Shown here piece after piece: positions 42,779 through 52,362 of a stretch of 64,000 nt of DNA. Under the pieces are notes generated by a model, which worked only from the letters and a program-made list of their open reading frames with translations, was not told the DNA's origin and ran no database searches. The stretch is from a phage, in sequence record PZ495249.1. One strand, 5' to 3'. A program made the translations under genes and the position numbers. Position 1 is the stretch's first letter. Each line of letters opens with the position of its first letter.

Positions 42779-45364
42779 ATGGGAGCATTTACTTTCGACA
42801 TTGAAAGTAACAACTTGCTTAATGATGAGAGTGTGGATTACCTGTCAAGTCCTTATCGACTGAAAGACAGTTTCGAGATGCACTGTATTGTATGCGAGAG
42901 TCATGACACCGGAGAGATTATTGCTTTCCACGATGGAGACAAGTATCACTTCGATGGTCGTCCTTACGTAGAGACTGACGGGAAATACACTTACAGCCTG
43001 TTAGAATACGAACATCAGGATTACACCCATTTTCCAATGAGCGCATTCCGAGACTTCGTTAAAGGCACTGGTGTATTTGCCAACAAACCTCAGTACAAGA
43101 TTACGAAAGTAGTTGGTCATAACATTATCAACTTTGACTTGTTAGCCATTAAACTCTACTTTAAAATGAATTACAGCGTGAAATACAATACTTGGGATAA
43201 TCAGGATGTAGAAATCTGTGATACCATGATCCTGAGTAAAGTGCTGAACCCTGACCGTTTCGGTGGTCATAGCCTGGCGGAATTATCCAGCAAGGCAGGT
43301 GGTGATGTTAAGCTTGACTTCCGTAAAGATATTCCGGTTGAAGATCGATTCAAAACGTTTGCAGCAGACATGCTCTATTACTGTATTTACGATAACAAAT
43401 CGAACACCGCCGTATATAAATATCTGATGGAAGAATGGGGAGACTACGATAAATGGGCGGAACCATTTATTCTTGAACAACGTATTGCTGATATTATCAC
43501 TCGTCAGGAACACCGTGGCTTCGCTTTCAATATGAAACAAGCCGAAGAGAATATAAAAGATCTTGATTCTAAGATGGAAGCGTGTAGACTTGAGGCTGAA
43601 CCTATTCTTCCTCCGAAACCTGCAACGAAAGGTTATCTGAAAGACTTCATTCCGCCTAAACTCCAGTTTAAGAAGAATGGTGATCCAACGAGTAACATTA
43701 CGAAGTTTGCAGCTAAGCATGGTGGTGAACTGGTTGAACGTGAAGATGGATGGTGGTTGATCGCCTTGGATAAGGAAATGAAACTTCCTATCTCCAGTGA
43801 AGAGCCAATCTGTGAACCTACTGTTCCGGCTACACTGAACGACACGACACACATCAAGAACTGGCTGGTAGGATTAGGCTGGAGTCCTTCTGAGTACAAA
43901 GATAAAGACATTACGTTGAAGTCTGGTACTAAGATTAAAAAGGACGAGGCGCAGATGGAGAAAGCGATTCGCGATTACGTGGATCAAACTTTAGCATCAA
44001 ACTTCTGTCAAGATCGTTGTGACCACCTTGAATGTACGCCTGAAACTCTTGAGTGGAAGCTGCGTGACCGTATTGCTAAGGCAAAAGGTAAAGGTGTGAA
44101 GGTATTGACTAACCCATCATTCACCAAGGGGCAGGAGAAAGAGATTTGTCCTAACTTGGCTGAACTGGGTGAGAAGTTCCCGTATGCTACCCAGATCGTG
44201 GAATACCTGACGTACAAACACCGTCGAAACTCTATTCTCGGTGGTGGTGCAGATTGGGAAGATGATGAAGAGGATCAGGAATACAACAAAGGTTATCTTG
44301 CAGCAGTAAGGGCAGACGGGCGTATTCCAACGCCAGCGGCAACGTGTGACGCTGCTACTTCTCGTATGAAACACCGTCTTGTTGCTAACATTCCTCGTGT
44401 AACCTCTCTATACGGTTTCCAGATGCGTAACATGTTTGGTGTAGAGGTTCCGGCATACTTCCAGATTGGTTATGACTTTGACTCACTTGAGGCGAAGATT
44501 GAATCACATTACTGCTGGAGATATGAAGCAGAGCCGCATGAATATTGTAACGCTCTTCTGTTAGAAAAGCCGCACGATGTTCACTCAATGATGGCACGAC
44601 GCATTACAGAAACTATCGGACGTAAGTTTGAACGTGCTCCGGCTAAATCTGTTAAGTATGGTATCACATACGGCGCTCAGGCTGCGAAGGTGGCTAAGAC
44701 AATCGGTAGTGATATGCACACAGGCCAGATGGTTTATGATGCATTCTGGGAAGCTGCAAAGCCTCTCGCATTACTGAAAGAACGTCTGCATGACTTCTGG
44801 GTTAAAACAGGTAAGAAATACATTCTCGGTATCGACGGACGTAAAGTGCCTACCCGTTCTGCTCACGCTATCCTGAACTCACTTTTCCAGAGTGGCGGGG
44901 TAATCTGTGCGAAACGTGCAATGGTGATTTACGACGACCTGATCGAAGAAGAAGGGCTGGCAGTTGACTTCTTTGTTGACGATTGGAAAAACAAATCCTT
45001 CGTGCAGCAAATGATCGCTTACCACGATGAAGCACAACTTGAGGTTACTCGTGACCTGGTTGAGTTCAAATGGTTCTCCAAAGAATCTCTGGGCTGGATT
45101 CAAGTTGAGGATGAGAAAGAGCAGGAACGAATCGACAAAGAATGTATGGCTAAAGTAAATGCGTGGAAAGCTGAGGAAGAAACTCGTACTGGTAAGATCT
45201 GGGCTAACGTACACGAATCTCCGAAAGGTGGTTGGTTTACTGGCTACAGTCGTGCAGGTGAACTGGCATCCATCGCAGTTAAGAAAGCAGGTGAATTCTA
45301 TGGCCTGAACGTAGAACTGACAGCAGGTTATGACTTAGGTAATTCCTGGGCGTCCTGTCACTGA
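42779..45364 (+). CDS. family A DNA polymerase with 3-prime to 5-prime exonuclease domain
   Basis: Exo motif FDIESNNL; polymerase motif B-like KSVKYGITYGAQ; HDEAQ motif C; 861 aa. Confidence 0.85.
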   Translation: MGAFTFDIESNNLLNDESVDYLSSPYRLKDSFEMHCIVCESHDTGEIIAFHDGDKYHFDGRPYVETDGKYTYSLLEYEHQDYTHFPMSAFRDFVKGTGVFANKPQYKITKVVGHNIINFDLLAIKLYFKMNYSVKYNTWDNQDVEICDTMILSKVLNPDRFGGHSLAELSSKAGGDVKLDFRKDIPVEDRFKTFAADMLYYCIYDNKSNTAVYKYLMEEWGDYDKWAEPFILEQRIADIITRQEHRGFAFNMKQAEENIKDLDSKMEACRLEAEPILPPKPATKGYLKDFIPPKLQFKKNGDPTSNITKFAAKHGGELVEREDGWWLIALDKEMKLPISSEEPICEPTVPATLNDTTHIKNWLVGLGWSPSEYKDKDITLKSGTKIKKDEAQMEKAIRDYVDQTLASNFCQDRCDHLECTPETLEWKLRDRIAKAKGKGVKVLTNPSFTKGQEKEICPNLAELGEKFPYATQIVEYLTYKHRRNSILGGGADWEDDEEDQEYNKGYLAAVRADGRIPTPAATCDAATSRMKHRLVANIPRVTSLYGFQMRNMFGVEVPAYFQIGYDFDSLEAKIESHYCWRYEAEPHEYCNALLLEKPHDVHSMMARRITETIGRKFERAPAKSVKYGITYGAQAAKVAKTIGSDMHTGQMVYDAFWEAAKPLALLKERLHDFWVKTGKKYILGIDGRKVPTRSAHAILNSLFQSGGVICAKRAMVIYDDLIEEEGLAVDFFVDDWKNKSFVQQMIAYHDEAQLEVTRDLVEFKWFSKESLGWIQVEDEKEQERIDKECMAKVNAWKAEEETRTGKIWANVHESPKGGWFTGYSRAGELASIAVKKAGEFYGLNVELTAGYDLGNSWASCH

Positions 45365-45368
45365 TAAA

Positions 45369-45390
45369 CAGGGGCGAAAGCCCCTTATTA
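45369..45390 (+). terminator. rho-independent terminator
   Basis: GGGGC-GAAA-GCCCC stem plus TTATTA; after DNA polymerase. Confidence 0.5.
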
Positions 45391-45402
45391 GAGGAGAAAA
45401 CA

Positions 45403-45633
45403 ATGAAATTAGTATTCCAAACAGACGACATTTTCATGTTCACAAAGGATATGGGAACATATACAGGTGGACAGATTATCATCCTGGGAGATAAAAACGG
45501 ATCATCATTTAATATCTTAGGTGACATTCGTAAGGATGGGGAAGAAAAACCTGTGACTGTAACAGGTTCAGAGAGTTGGTTAGAAACTTTATACCAAACT
45601 GGTGTTATCAAATTTATTGGGGAGAAAAAATGA
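45403..45633 (+). CDS. small protein (76 aa), tandem paralog A
   Basis: track ORF; GAGGAGAAAA RBS; C-terminal G.(I/V)K(F/L)(I/L)GE.K shared with next gene. Confidence 0.5.
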   Translation: MKLVFQTDDIFMFTKDMGTYTGGQIIILGDKNGSSFNILGDIRKDGEEKPVTVTGSESWLETLYQTGVIKFIGEKK

Positions 45634-45872
45634 AACTTGTAGAAACAGTAATCACTACCGTAGAATTTGAAGTAGGGGATGTAGTTATGTTCCTGGATGA
45701 AGTTGGCTTTTATAAATTGGGAGATGTAATTGTTCTCCGTAAAGATTCCGAGCCAGAGAGATTCAAAGCTGAGGGTGCAGGGTTTATTGCTGGAGAAGCT
45801 AATGTAACACAGAAATGGCTGCATGATCTTCTGAAAGAAGGTCGAGTGAAACTGTTAGGGGAGTTAAAATAA
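45630..45872 (+). CDS. small protein (80 aa), tandem paralog B
   Basis: track ORF 45576..45872 trimmed to Met after GGGGAGAAAAA. Confidence 0.5.
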   Translation: MKLVETVITTVEFEVGDVVMFLDEVGFYKLGDVIVLRKDSEPERFKAEGAGFIAGEANVTQKWLHDLLKEGRVKLLGELK

Positions 45873-46510
45873 TGGCATTATTCATGACCGTAGATAATCA
45901 AAAGCAAGCAGCATCAGAACTTCTTTCTAAATTGAAGATGGTAGATCCGTTTGCTATGATCGCAGGTGGTGCTCCTCGTGACTGGTACTTTAACACCGTT
46001 GCCAAGGACTTGGACGTATATCTCCGTCTTCCTAACCACAATACCATTGGATTGGTAACTTCCTTGGCTGCAATGGTGGGGATTAAAGATTTCTACCCTA
46101 TCGACAAGATTAAGGAATCAACCTACGCAGAATTACCTAACCTGAAATGGGTGTTTGAAGGTCGTTACAACGGTGTTCAAGTTAATCTGATGGTTATGGA
46201 GAAGGGTGTACGCGAAGAAATTATCAAAGATTTCGACGTGGCTATCTGTCGGGCATGGTTTGATGGGATCGAGTGTCATTACAATGAAGAATTTCAATTC
46301 TGTGTGAAGACTCGTGTTTGCCTGGTTCATGAGAACTACACTGGTAAAGAAGCCCACCTGCGTAAGATGGCTAAACGTTTCCCACAATTCATGTTCTATA
46401 AGAAAGTGGAGATCCCAGAAGAACCGGACGTGAGCTTTGACGCACCTCCAAGCCACGCTAAGGCTGCACCGCTTCCTCGTAAGCTGCCTGATTTCTGTGA
46501 TGAAATTTAA
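45872..46510 (+). CDS. Pol-beta-superfamily nucleotidyltransferase (CCA-adding-enzyme head-domain-like)
   Basis: IAGGAPRDWYF...DLDVYL matches the GG..RD...DxD nucleotidyltransferase signature. Confidence 0.6.
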   Translation: MALFMTVDNQKQAASELLSKLKMVDPFAMIAGGAPRDWYFNTVAKDLDVYLRLPNHNTIGLVTSLAAMVGIKDFYPIDKIKESTYAELPNLKWVFEGRYNGVQVNLMVMEKGVREEIIKDFDVAICRAWFDGIECHYNEEFQFCVKTRVCLVHENYTGKEAHLRKMAKRFPQFMFYKKVEIPEEPDVSFDAPPSHAKAAPLPRKLPDFCDEI

Positions 46511-46561
46511 TAAATAAGGGGTTGACAAGCCCCTCCATTTTATGTTAAGATGAGGACTTGA

Positions 46562-46960
46562 ATGACAGATTCACGCGCTAAAATAACAGTCGAGACTTCT
46601 TACAGTCGTGAGATGAACAGTCTCGTTCTCGTTGAGAAAGAAGCACTTCCGCAAGACAATTCGTTCTTCATACAACTCCTGAGTATCACTGGCGGTGCAG
46701 TACGTTTAAGTGTACGTATCGACGATTCTCAGTTCTCAGAACAAACTGTCACCCGTAAAGAATTTACCCTGTTGCAAGACACACTCCGAAATATCTTAGA
46801 TACTCCAGGCAAAGCCGGAATCATTAATCTTGGTGGAAACAAGATTCAACTTCTGCATTTTGAAAATGGTGAAATCGGTGTGGGTATTGGGAAAGGTAAA
46901 TATCTGTTAGAACCAACAGATGCAATTCTATTAAGAGAATTCTGTGTCAAAGTAATGTAA
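46562..46960 (+). CDS. hypothetical protein (132 aa)
   Basis: track ORF. Confidence 0.55.
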   Translation: MTDSRAKITVETSYSREMNSLVLVEKEALPQDNSFFIQLLSITGGAVRLSVRIDDSQFSEQTVTRKEFTLLQDTLRNILDTPGKAGIINLGGNKIQLLHFENGEIGVGIGKGKYLLEPTDAILLREFCVKVM

Positions 46961-46977
46961 TCCAAAGAGGAGAATAT

Positions 46978-47886
46978 ATGCCAGTAATTAATTCCGAAAT
47001 CGACCGCAAGACTAAACAAGAAGCATTCTGGGCTGAGGGTATTGTAGAATACGTTAAGCTGGATAAGTTTGCAGAGATGAAAGTCTCTTACATTAAAGTC
47101 GCTGGTCAGCCGGATAAGAAAATTGAGTCCACTCACAAAGCTTCCATTCTTCTGAAAGAGAAAGGTGCTGGTAAGGATGATCCAGGTGTTTGGATCGGTC
47201 TGGGTGATGTTAAGCTGCATCCAGAGCATGAAAATCTGCAAGTCAAGAAAGACGACCAGTGGGTGACTATCGAACGTGGTGTTGAAATTACACTGGACGT
47301 TAAGCCTAATGAATGGCAGGGTAAAACTTATTACCAATCATCCAAAGGTAAGATCTTCGTTGTATCTACCGAAGGTGTTCAAGCTGCTGCTCCGAAAGCA
47401 GGAAAAGGTGGTGATAGCACTCCAGCTAAACAACCGTTCAAGAAACGCGATACCGTAGGTATTGAAACTGGTCACGCTGTTAACGGTGCTCTTGAGCTAA
47501 TCCGTGGTGGTGTGAAAGGTGATGCCTTTGAACTCGCAGGTGTAGTACAGTCTGCCACTGTAACGCTGAAAGCAGAAGTTGCTAAGGCTCGTGGTGTGGA
47601 TATCACTGATTACGATCTGGGTGCTTCTGTCGGTCATGCTATCCTGAATGCTTGCCGTGATCACTCTCGCGATGATGTGACCATTGACGAACTGATTGAA
47701 GCTGCTCGCGATGTGCTGGCGCTATCTGATAAGGTGGCTGCTGCAATCCGTGGTGATGCTCCTGTTGCTGAATCCAAACCAGCCGCAGAGAAGCCAAAGA
47801 CAACTCGTAAGCCAAAAGAGGCGGTAAAAGCTCCTGAGCCAGAGCCAGAACCTCCAATGGACTTCGACGACGATATTCCTTTCTAA
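46978..47886 (+). CDS. ssDNA-binding-protein-like replisome protein with E. coli SSB-type C-terminal tip
   Basis: C-terminus ...PEPEPEPPMDFDDDIPF identical to the E. coli SSB tail tip; adjacent to polymerase and primase-helicase. Confidence 0.65.
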   Translation: MPVINSEIDRKTKQEAFWAEGIVEYVKLDKFAEMKVSYIKVAGQPDKKIESTHKASILLKEKGAGKDDPGVWIGLGDVKLHPEHENLQVKKDDQWVTIERGVEITLDVKPNEWQGKTYYQSSKGKIFVVSTEGVQAAAPKAGKGGDSTPAKQPFKKRDTVGIETGHAVNGALELIRGGVKGDAFELAGVVQSATVTLKAEVAKARGVDITDYDLGASVGHAILNACRDHSRDDVTIDELIEAARDVLALSDKVAAAIRGDAPVAESKPAAEKPKTTRKPKEAVKAPEPEPEPPMDFDDDIPF

Positions 47887-47890
47887 GGAT

Positions 47891-47928
47891 AAAAATAAAG
47901 GGAGCCTCTTTCGAGGTTCCCTTTTTTA
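47891..47928. terminator. bidirectional terminator at convergence of middle and late blocks
   Basis: 9-bp stem flanked by A-run on one side and T6 on the other; between convergent genes ending at 47886 and 47929. Confidence 0.6.
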
Positions 47929-49080
47929 TTACACAGCATTTACGGATAAGTAGGAGCTATCAGAAGCAACCACCGTACCTTGATATGTGGCAGTACATCC
48001 TATCCTGCACCCGCCATCGCCTACTCCAGTAATAAGACCATTACTATCAACCGTAGCCACTGTAGGATCTGTTGTGGTATAAGTGATAACCATATCTGAT
48101 AACGACGCTGCACCATCTGGTGTTATCGTTGCCACAAGTTGTTGTGTAGTCCCTACACTCATTGCACTCAAGCTTTCAGTGTACACGCTTAATGTAGATG
48201 CATAGCCTCCAGAACTATCAGAGAGCGTTGTTCCAACATTGTTTTTAGCTGTTAAACTTGCATCGAAACCACCTTCACTAACAAACGACATTAGCCCATT
48301 AGTATCAATGGTCATAATAGAAGTATTACTTGAAGCATAAACTTTATCTGTTATTGGTGCTCCGGTTGGAGTAACAGAGTATGTTAATTGTTTCGTGCCT
48401 CCCACTATTGCAATACCGATGGAATCTGTGGTAATGCTTGTGGCTGTCGGTACTATACTGGTCATGATAGTTAGATCGTCTATTTTACCACGCAGCATTA
48501 GCGCGTTATCTGTAGTCCCAGCAATACAGAAGGGATTAGCAGTATTTCCCCCGAAACCCTTAGAAATAGTTAAAACAGATCCGAGAAAGACATTATCTTT
48601 CTTCACATACAAGCTACTCCCTGACTTCGTTATTGTCAGTCGAAACCAAGTATTAACTGGTAGTGCAGCAGTCCCAAAACGAAATCTTTGGACTTCCCCT
48701 GTCGTGCTGTAGCCATCTATACTAACGGATGCGAATACTTGATACGTATTGTTTAAGGTTATCCACCAACTACCAGAACCAGCATTGTTATTCAAGTTAC
48801 CGCATAGAATAGCTTGAGAGGTGTTATCTAAATATAACCATGTGTCTATAAGTAGGTCGGTAGTAGTCCCAACCACAAGACCAGTAGGTAGGCCACCAGA
48901 CGGGTTTGTAACGGTTATTTTACTATTAGATGTTCCACTAAATATGAGCGAACCTTTCCCTGATGCCGAATCTGTAGACTCGGCAACACCTGCACCCAAG
49001 GTAACTACACCGAATTCTTGCAAGCGTTTAACGATGTAGTTTACGTAAGGCTTTCCTCCGGCGAGTAACACTTCAAGCAT
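47929..49080 (-). CDS. tail fibre/adhesin-like protein with Ig-like (Big_2-type) C-terminal domain
   Basis: TTDPTVATVDSNGLITGVGDGG Ig-like motif; Thr/Ser/Gly-rich; first gene of late leftward block. Confidence 0.65.
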   Translation of the reverse strand: MLEVLLAGGKPYVNYIVKRLQEFGVVTLGAGVAESTDSASGKGSLIFSGTSNSKITVTNPSGGLPTGLVVGTTTDLLIDTWLYLDNTSQAILCGNLNNNAGSGSWWITLNNTYQVFASVSIDGYSTTGEVQRFRFGTAALPVNTWFRLTITKSGSSLYVKKDNVFLGSVLTISKGFGGNTANPFCIAGTTDNALMLRGKIDDLTIMTSIVPTATSITTDSIGIAIVGGTKQLTYSVTPTGAPITDKVYASSNTSIMTIDTNGLMSFVSEGGFDASLTAKNNVGTTLSDSSGGYASTLSVYTESLSAMSVGTTQQLVATITPDGAASLSDMVITYTTTDPTVATVDSNGLITGVGDGGCRIGCTATYQGTVVASDSSYLSVNAV

Positions 49081-49089
49081 AAGTTCACC

Positions 49090-49758
49090 TTAACTAATAA
49101 ATGTATTAGGTACAGCAGGTAGATTCTGCTTACTTGTCGCCTCGTATGTTGCTTTCAAGACAGTCAGATAATTTTGTACCACAACACCCCATTGCTTCAT
49201 AGCTTCATCAATTAGGCCAAGGGTATCTGTTTTATTTAGTGGATTTGACACACCTTCTTTCAGATTGATCAGATAAGTATCGGTGGCAGTTCCGCTGGTA
49301 GCAGACGTTTTGATAATATTTAATAGTGCCATACCATCTGCTGTCATTTGCAGGGTGTAATTTTGACCTGCGTATGTAACAGTGATACCTGTGAAACCAT
49401 CTTGAATAAAGATGTTATACAAGTTAGCTGCTTGACCTTGTTTTCTTTGTGCAAGATCTGCTGCGGCTTCTTGTTCATCAAAATCACGTACAACATAAGT
49501 ACGGTAGAATTTACCATCTGCCCCTTGCACTGGAGTGACTTCTGTAATAACATCACCATCAGGAATAGGTGAATCGAAAATCACAGCATAACCAAACTCT
49601 TCAAGAATGTAATCTCGGCAAGGGTATGGATAACTGATGTTAGTGTTAGAAGCACGAATAGCAGGGAAATAAATAGGCCAAGAAAGATCAGCCATATTAA
49701 TTAACGGGGTGTAATCATAAACCAAAGTAAAATCTTCGATTGAAGTAGTTTCTTCCAT
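49090..49758 (-). CDS. hypothetical structural-module protein (222 aa)
   Basis: track ORF; GGAGGA RBS; between two fibre genes. Confidence 0.55.
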   Translation of the reverse strand: MEETTSIEDFTLVYDYTPLINMADLSWPIYFPAIRASNTNISYPYPCRDYILEEFGYAVIFDSPIPDGDVITEVTPVQGADGKFYRTYVVRDFDEQEAAADLAQRKQGQAANLYNIFIQDGFTGITVTYAGQNYTLQMTADGMALLNIIKTSATSGTATDTYLINLKEGVSNPLNKTDTLGLIDEAMKQWGVVVQNYLTVLKATYEATSKQNLPAVPNTFIS

Positions 49759-49770
49759 CGTATTCCTCCG

Positions 49771-49799
49771 AATAAAAGAAGAGGGGATTTCTCCCCTCT
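49771..49799 (-). terminator. rho-independent terminator
   Basis: AGAGGGGA-TTTC-TCCCCTCT hairpin plus U-run on minus strand; after collagen-like fibre gene. Confidence 0.55.
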
Positions 49800-49803
49800 G
49801 TTA

Positions 49804-52296
49804 TTAAGCGTAACCACCTGGTTTGAAACCAAGTAGGCTCGTTCCGTCCCATAACAGACTAACTGTGCAACGTCCAGTGGTGTAGGTTGGAGCCGTTCCA
49901 TCTGTCCAGTTGATTGTGTTAGTCCATGACACTGAACCTGTATTACCAGTGAAGATAACAACAATGGTCATCGCTCTACCCGCTGGTAGGTTAGTAATCG
50001 TTAGGGTTTTGCTTGATGCCAGAGAGACAGTAAACACTTGTCCCTGACTTGCGTCAAGTGTAGCAGTTGCAGTAGATACAGCCAAATCGTAACGATTTAG
50101 ACGAGTCCACACACCACCGCTTTGCATGTAATATCCATCTGTGGTAGGGGCTTTCGCCAGTGTTTCTACCCAAGCTGTATCTTTACGTGCATAAACTTTC
50201 CCATCAGCAGGAGCATCTGAGATTCCTGGAGAAGGAATCGTAAACGCTGTCCAACCACCGTCTTTACGAGCGTACATAGAGCCATCGCTTGGTGCGTCAT
50301 AGACGTTACCACCACCCATGTAACCCATAGAAGCCCAGTTAAGGCTGCTGGTTTTCTGGAAGAACTGTAGTGTTAAGGAGTTTAGGAAGTAGTCGCCTAC
50401 ACGTCCGTCAGCAGGTCCAGGGTTACGCTGCAATACGATCCACAGTGTACCTTGATCACCCTTATCACCTTTCACACCCTGCGCACCTTGCGGTCCCGCT
50501 GGTCCCTGGATATTACCTGCGTTCTGGTATGATCCATTTCCTGAGCTATCTACGTTCCAAACCCAGAAGTTGCCATCAATCAGATAACCTTCACCGATGG
50601 TTCCAGTTGCAGGAAGATCTGCGGTTGAATCAAGTTCACCAAGGATCTTAACCCCTGGTCCCATAGGACCTGGAATACCCTGAATACCTTGTTCCCCTTG
50701 AATACCCTGCTCACCCTGGATACCTTGTGGACCGCTGTTCACGCCCATATCGATCCAAGCTGTACCGCTCCAGATGTATGAACGCTGGTGAATGTAGTAC
50801 ATGTCACCTTGAATGTTACCAGTGGTAGGTAGGTCTGAGGTGTTACTTAGTTCACCCTTCGCATGAATAGAATTACCAGTGGCTCCTGTTGCACCTTGTT
50901 CCCCTTGGATGCCACGAAGAACACCCATATCCACCCAACCTTCACTCTTGTCAAAGTTTAGCGTATAGATGTAAAGATTGCCAGTGTCTTCTAAGCTATA
51001 TGCGCTACCGTATGGAGGCTTAACTGGAAGATCGCTTGCAGATGGTACTTGACCTTTAGCGGTGATTGAGATACCTTGTAGAACACCAGCGTTGAGCCAT
51101 TCACCAGTTCCTGCAACAGGATCTATTGCTACCCAAATATAGATGTATTTATCAGGACCGACTAAGTAAGCTGTACCATAATTAACATCTTCCGGCGGAG
51201 GTAATTGACTTTCGTTATCTACTTCACCTACGATGTTAAGACCTGTACCAGGAACACCTTGGATACCAGGTACACCTTGCTCGCCTTGGATACCTTGTTC
51301 ACCTCTATCTCCTTTATCTCCCTTCAGAGATGCAAGGAAATCGGCTTCGGAACCAAAGTTACCAGCATTAATCCAGATTTGGTAAGCGGAGTCCCCGTCT
51401 TTACCATCTGCACCGTTTGTACCAGCATTACCTTTGTCTCCCTTATCCCCTTTGTCGCCTTTCGGACCGACAATAGCTCCCATGTCCACCCACGCAGTAC
51501 CGTTAGATACGTAGAGGTAGGTTCCATAGCTCCATGCCTGAGATACGTTAGCTGGAGATGGTAGTGGCAGTAGTCCAGGATCAGAGATAGCACCCTGATA
51601 ATCAAATCCGTTAGCGTTTACACCAGGATCACCTTTCTGTCCTTGTGGACTTGGATCACCTTTATCGCCCTTGATGGATTGAACGAAGTCAAGCTCTGTA
51701 CCTGTGTTACCAACGTCTAACCAACTTTGATACGCAGATTTACCTTCCGGTCCCACTTGACCAACAGGCGACCATTGGATACTATCCCATACCCACATTT
51801 GCTCTTGAACAATATATGCATCACCAGGAGAGTTTCCTGTCATAGGTAGGTCGGATACAGAATCAAAGCTTCCTTTGATTACAAGACCACTACCTGTATC
51901 TCCTTTCAGAGAATCAAGCCATTCTTGTTCAGTACCGACGAAGCCATTATCTACCGCAATATCATATGCAGATTTACCAGCTTCTGGAATTTGTGTAGCG
52001 AGGTCGTCGATCTCTTGTTGAATAGTTGTGAACTTGGCATTGATAATAGCAATATCGTCAGCTTTACCAACGTTAACCCAAGTGTTAACACCGATGCCAC
52101 CTGTAGAACCAGGGGTAGAGTTTGCTGGAACGACTTTCGGTAAAGCGCCCTTCCATTGATAGTAGTTACCGTCTGTATCGTACAGTAATACTTCTCTTGC
52201 ATTTGTTAATGTAAAGCCAGCTACAAAGCTTCTACGCTTTCTGTAGGTAGCTTCGACCATATCAGCAATAGCGCTATTAGGTCTTGTTAGAATCAT
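49804..52296 (-). CDS. tail fibre protein with collagen-like Gly-X-Y repeats
   Basis: several Gly-X-Y runs (e.g. GPQGIQGEQGIQGEQGIQGIPGPMGPG, GPKGDKGDKGDKGNAGTNGADGKDG); 830 aa; GAGGAG RBS. Confidence 0.8.
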   Translation of the reverse strand: MILTRPNSAIADMVEATYRKRRSFVAGFTLTNAREVLLYDTDGNYYQWKGALPKVVPANSTPGSTGGIGVNTWVNVGKADDIAIINAKFTTIQQEIDDLATQIPEAGKSAYDIAVDNGFVGTEQEWLDSLKGDTGSGLVIKGSFDSVSDLPMTGNSPGDAYIVQEQMWVWDSIQWSPVGQVGPEGKSAYQSWLDVGNTGTELDFVQSIKGDKGDPSPQGQKGDPGVNANGFDYQGAISDPGLLPLPSPANVSQAWSYGTYLYVSNGTAWVDMGAIVGPKGDKGDKGDKGNAGTNGADGKDGDSAYQIWINAGNFGSEADFLASLKGDKGDRGEQGIQGEQGVPGIQGVPGTGLNIVGEVDNESQLPPPEDVNYGTAYLVGPDKYIYIWVAIDPVAGTGEWLNAGVLQGISITAKGQVPSASDLPVKPPYGSAYSLEDTGNLYIYTLNFDKSEGWVDMGVLRGIQGEQGATGATGNSIHAKGELSNTSDLPTTGNIQGDMYYIHQRSYIWSGTAWIDMGVNSGPQGIQGEQGIQGEQGIQGIPGPMGPGVKILGELDSTADLPATGTIGEGYLIDGNFWVWNVDSSGNGSYQNAGNIQGPAGPQGAQGVKGDKGDQGTLWIVLQRNPGPADGRVGDYFLNSLTLQFFQKTSSLNWASMGYMGGGNVYDAPSDGSMYARKDGGWTAFTIPSPGISDAPADGKVYARKDTAWVETLAKAPTTDGYYMQSGGVWTRLNRYDLAVSTATATLDASQGQVFTVSLASSKTLTITNLPAGRAMTIVVIFTGNTGSVSWTNTINWTDGTAPTYTTGRCTVSLLWDGTSLLGFKPGGYA

Positions 52297-52329
52297 TTAT
52301 TACTCCTCGTTCGATTATTAAACGGTAGC

Positions 52330-52360
52330 ATAGAAATTAAAGAGGGGATTTCTCCCCTCT
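52330..52360 (-). terminator. rho-independent terminator (same hairpin as 49780..49799)
   Basis: identical AGAGGGGATTTCTCCCCTCT hairpin; after tailspike gene. Confidence 0.55.
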
Positions 52361-52362
52361 AT

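Noticed and set aside
49804-52296. Collagen-like region as non-coding low-complexity DNA
   Set aside because: The Gly-X-Y periodicity is kept in one long open frame with an RBS and a terminator, as expected for a real fibre gene.
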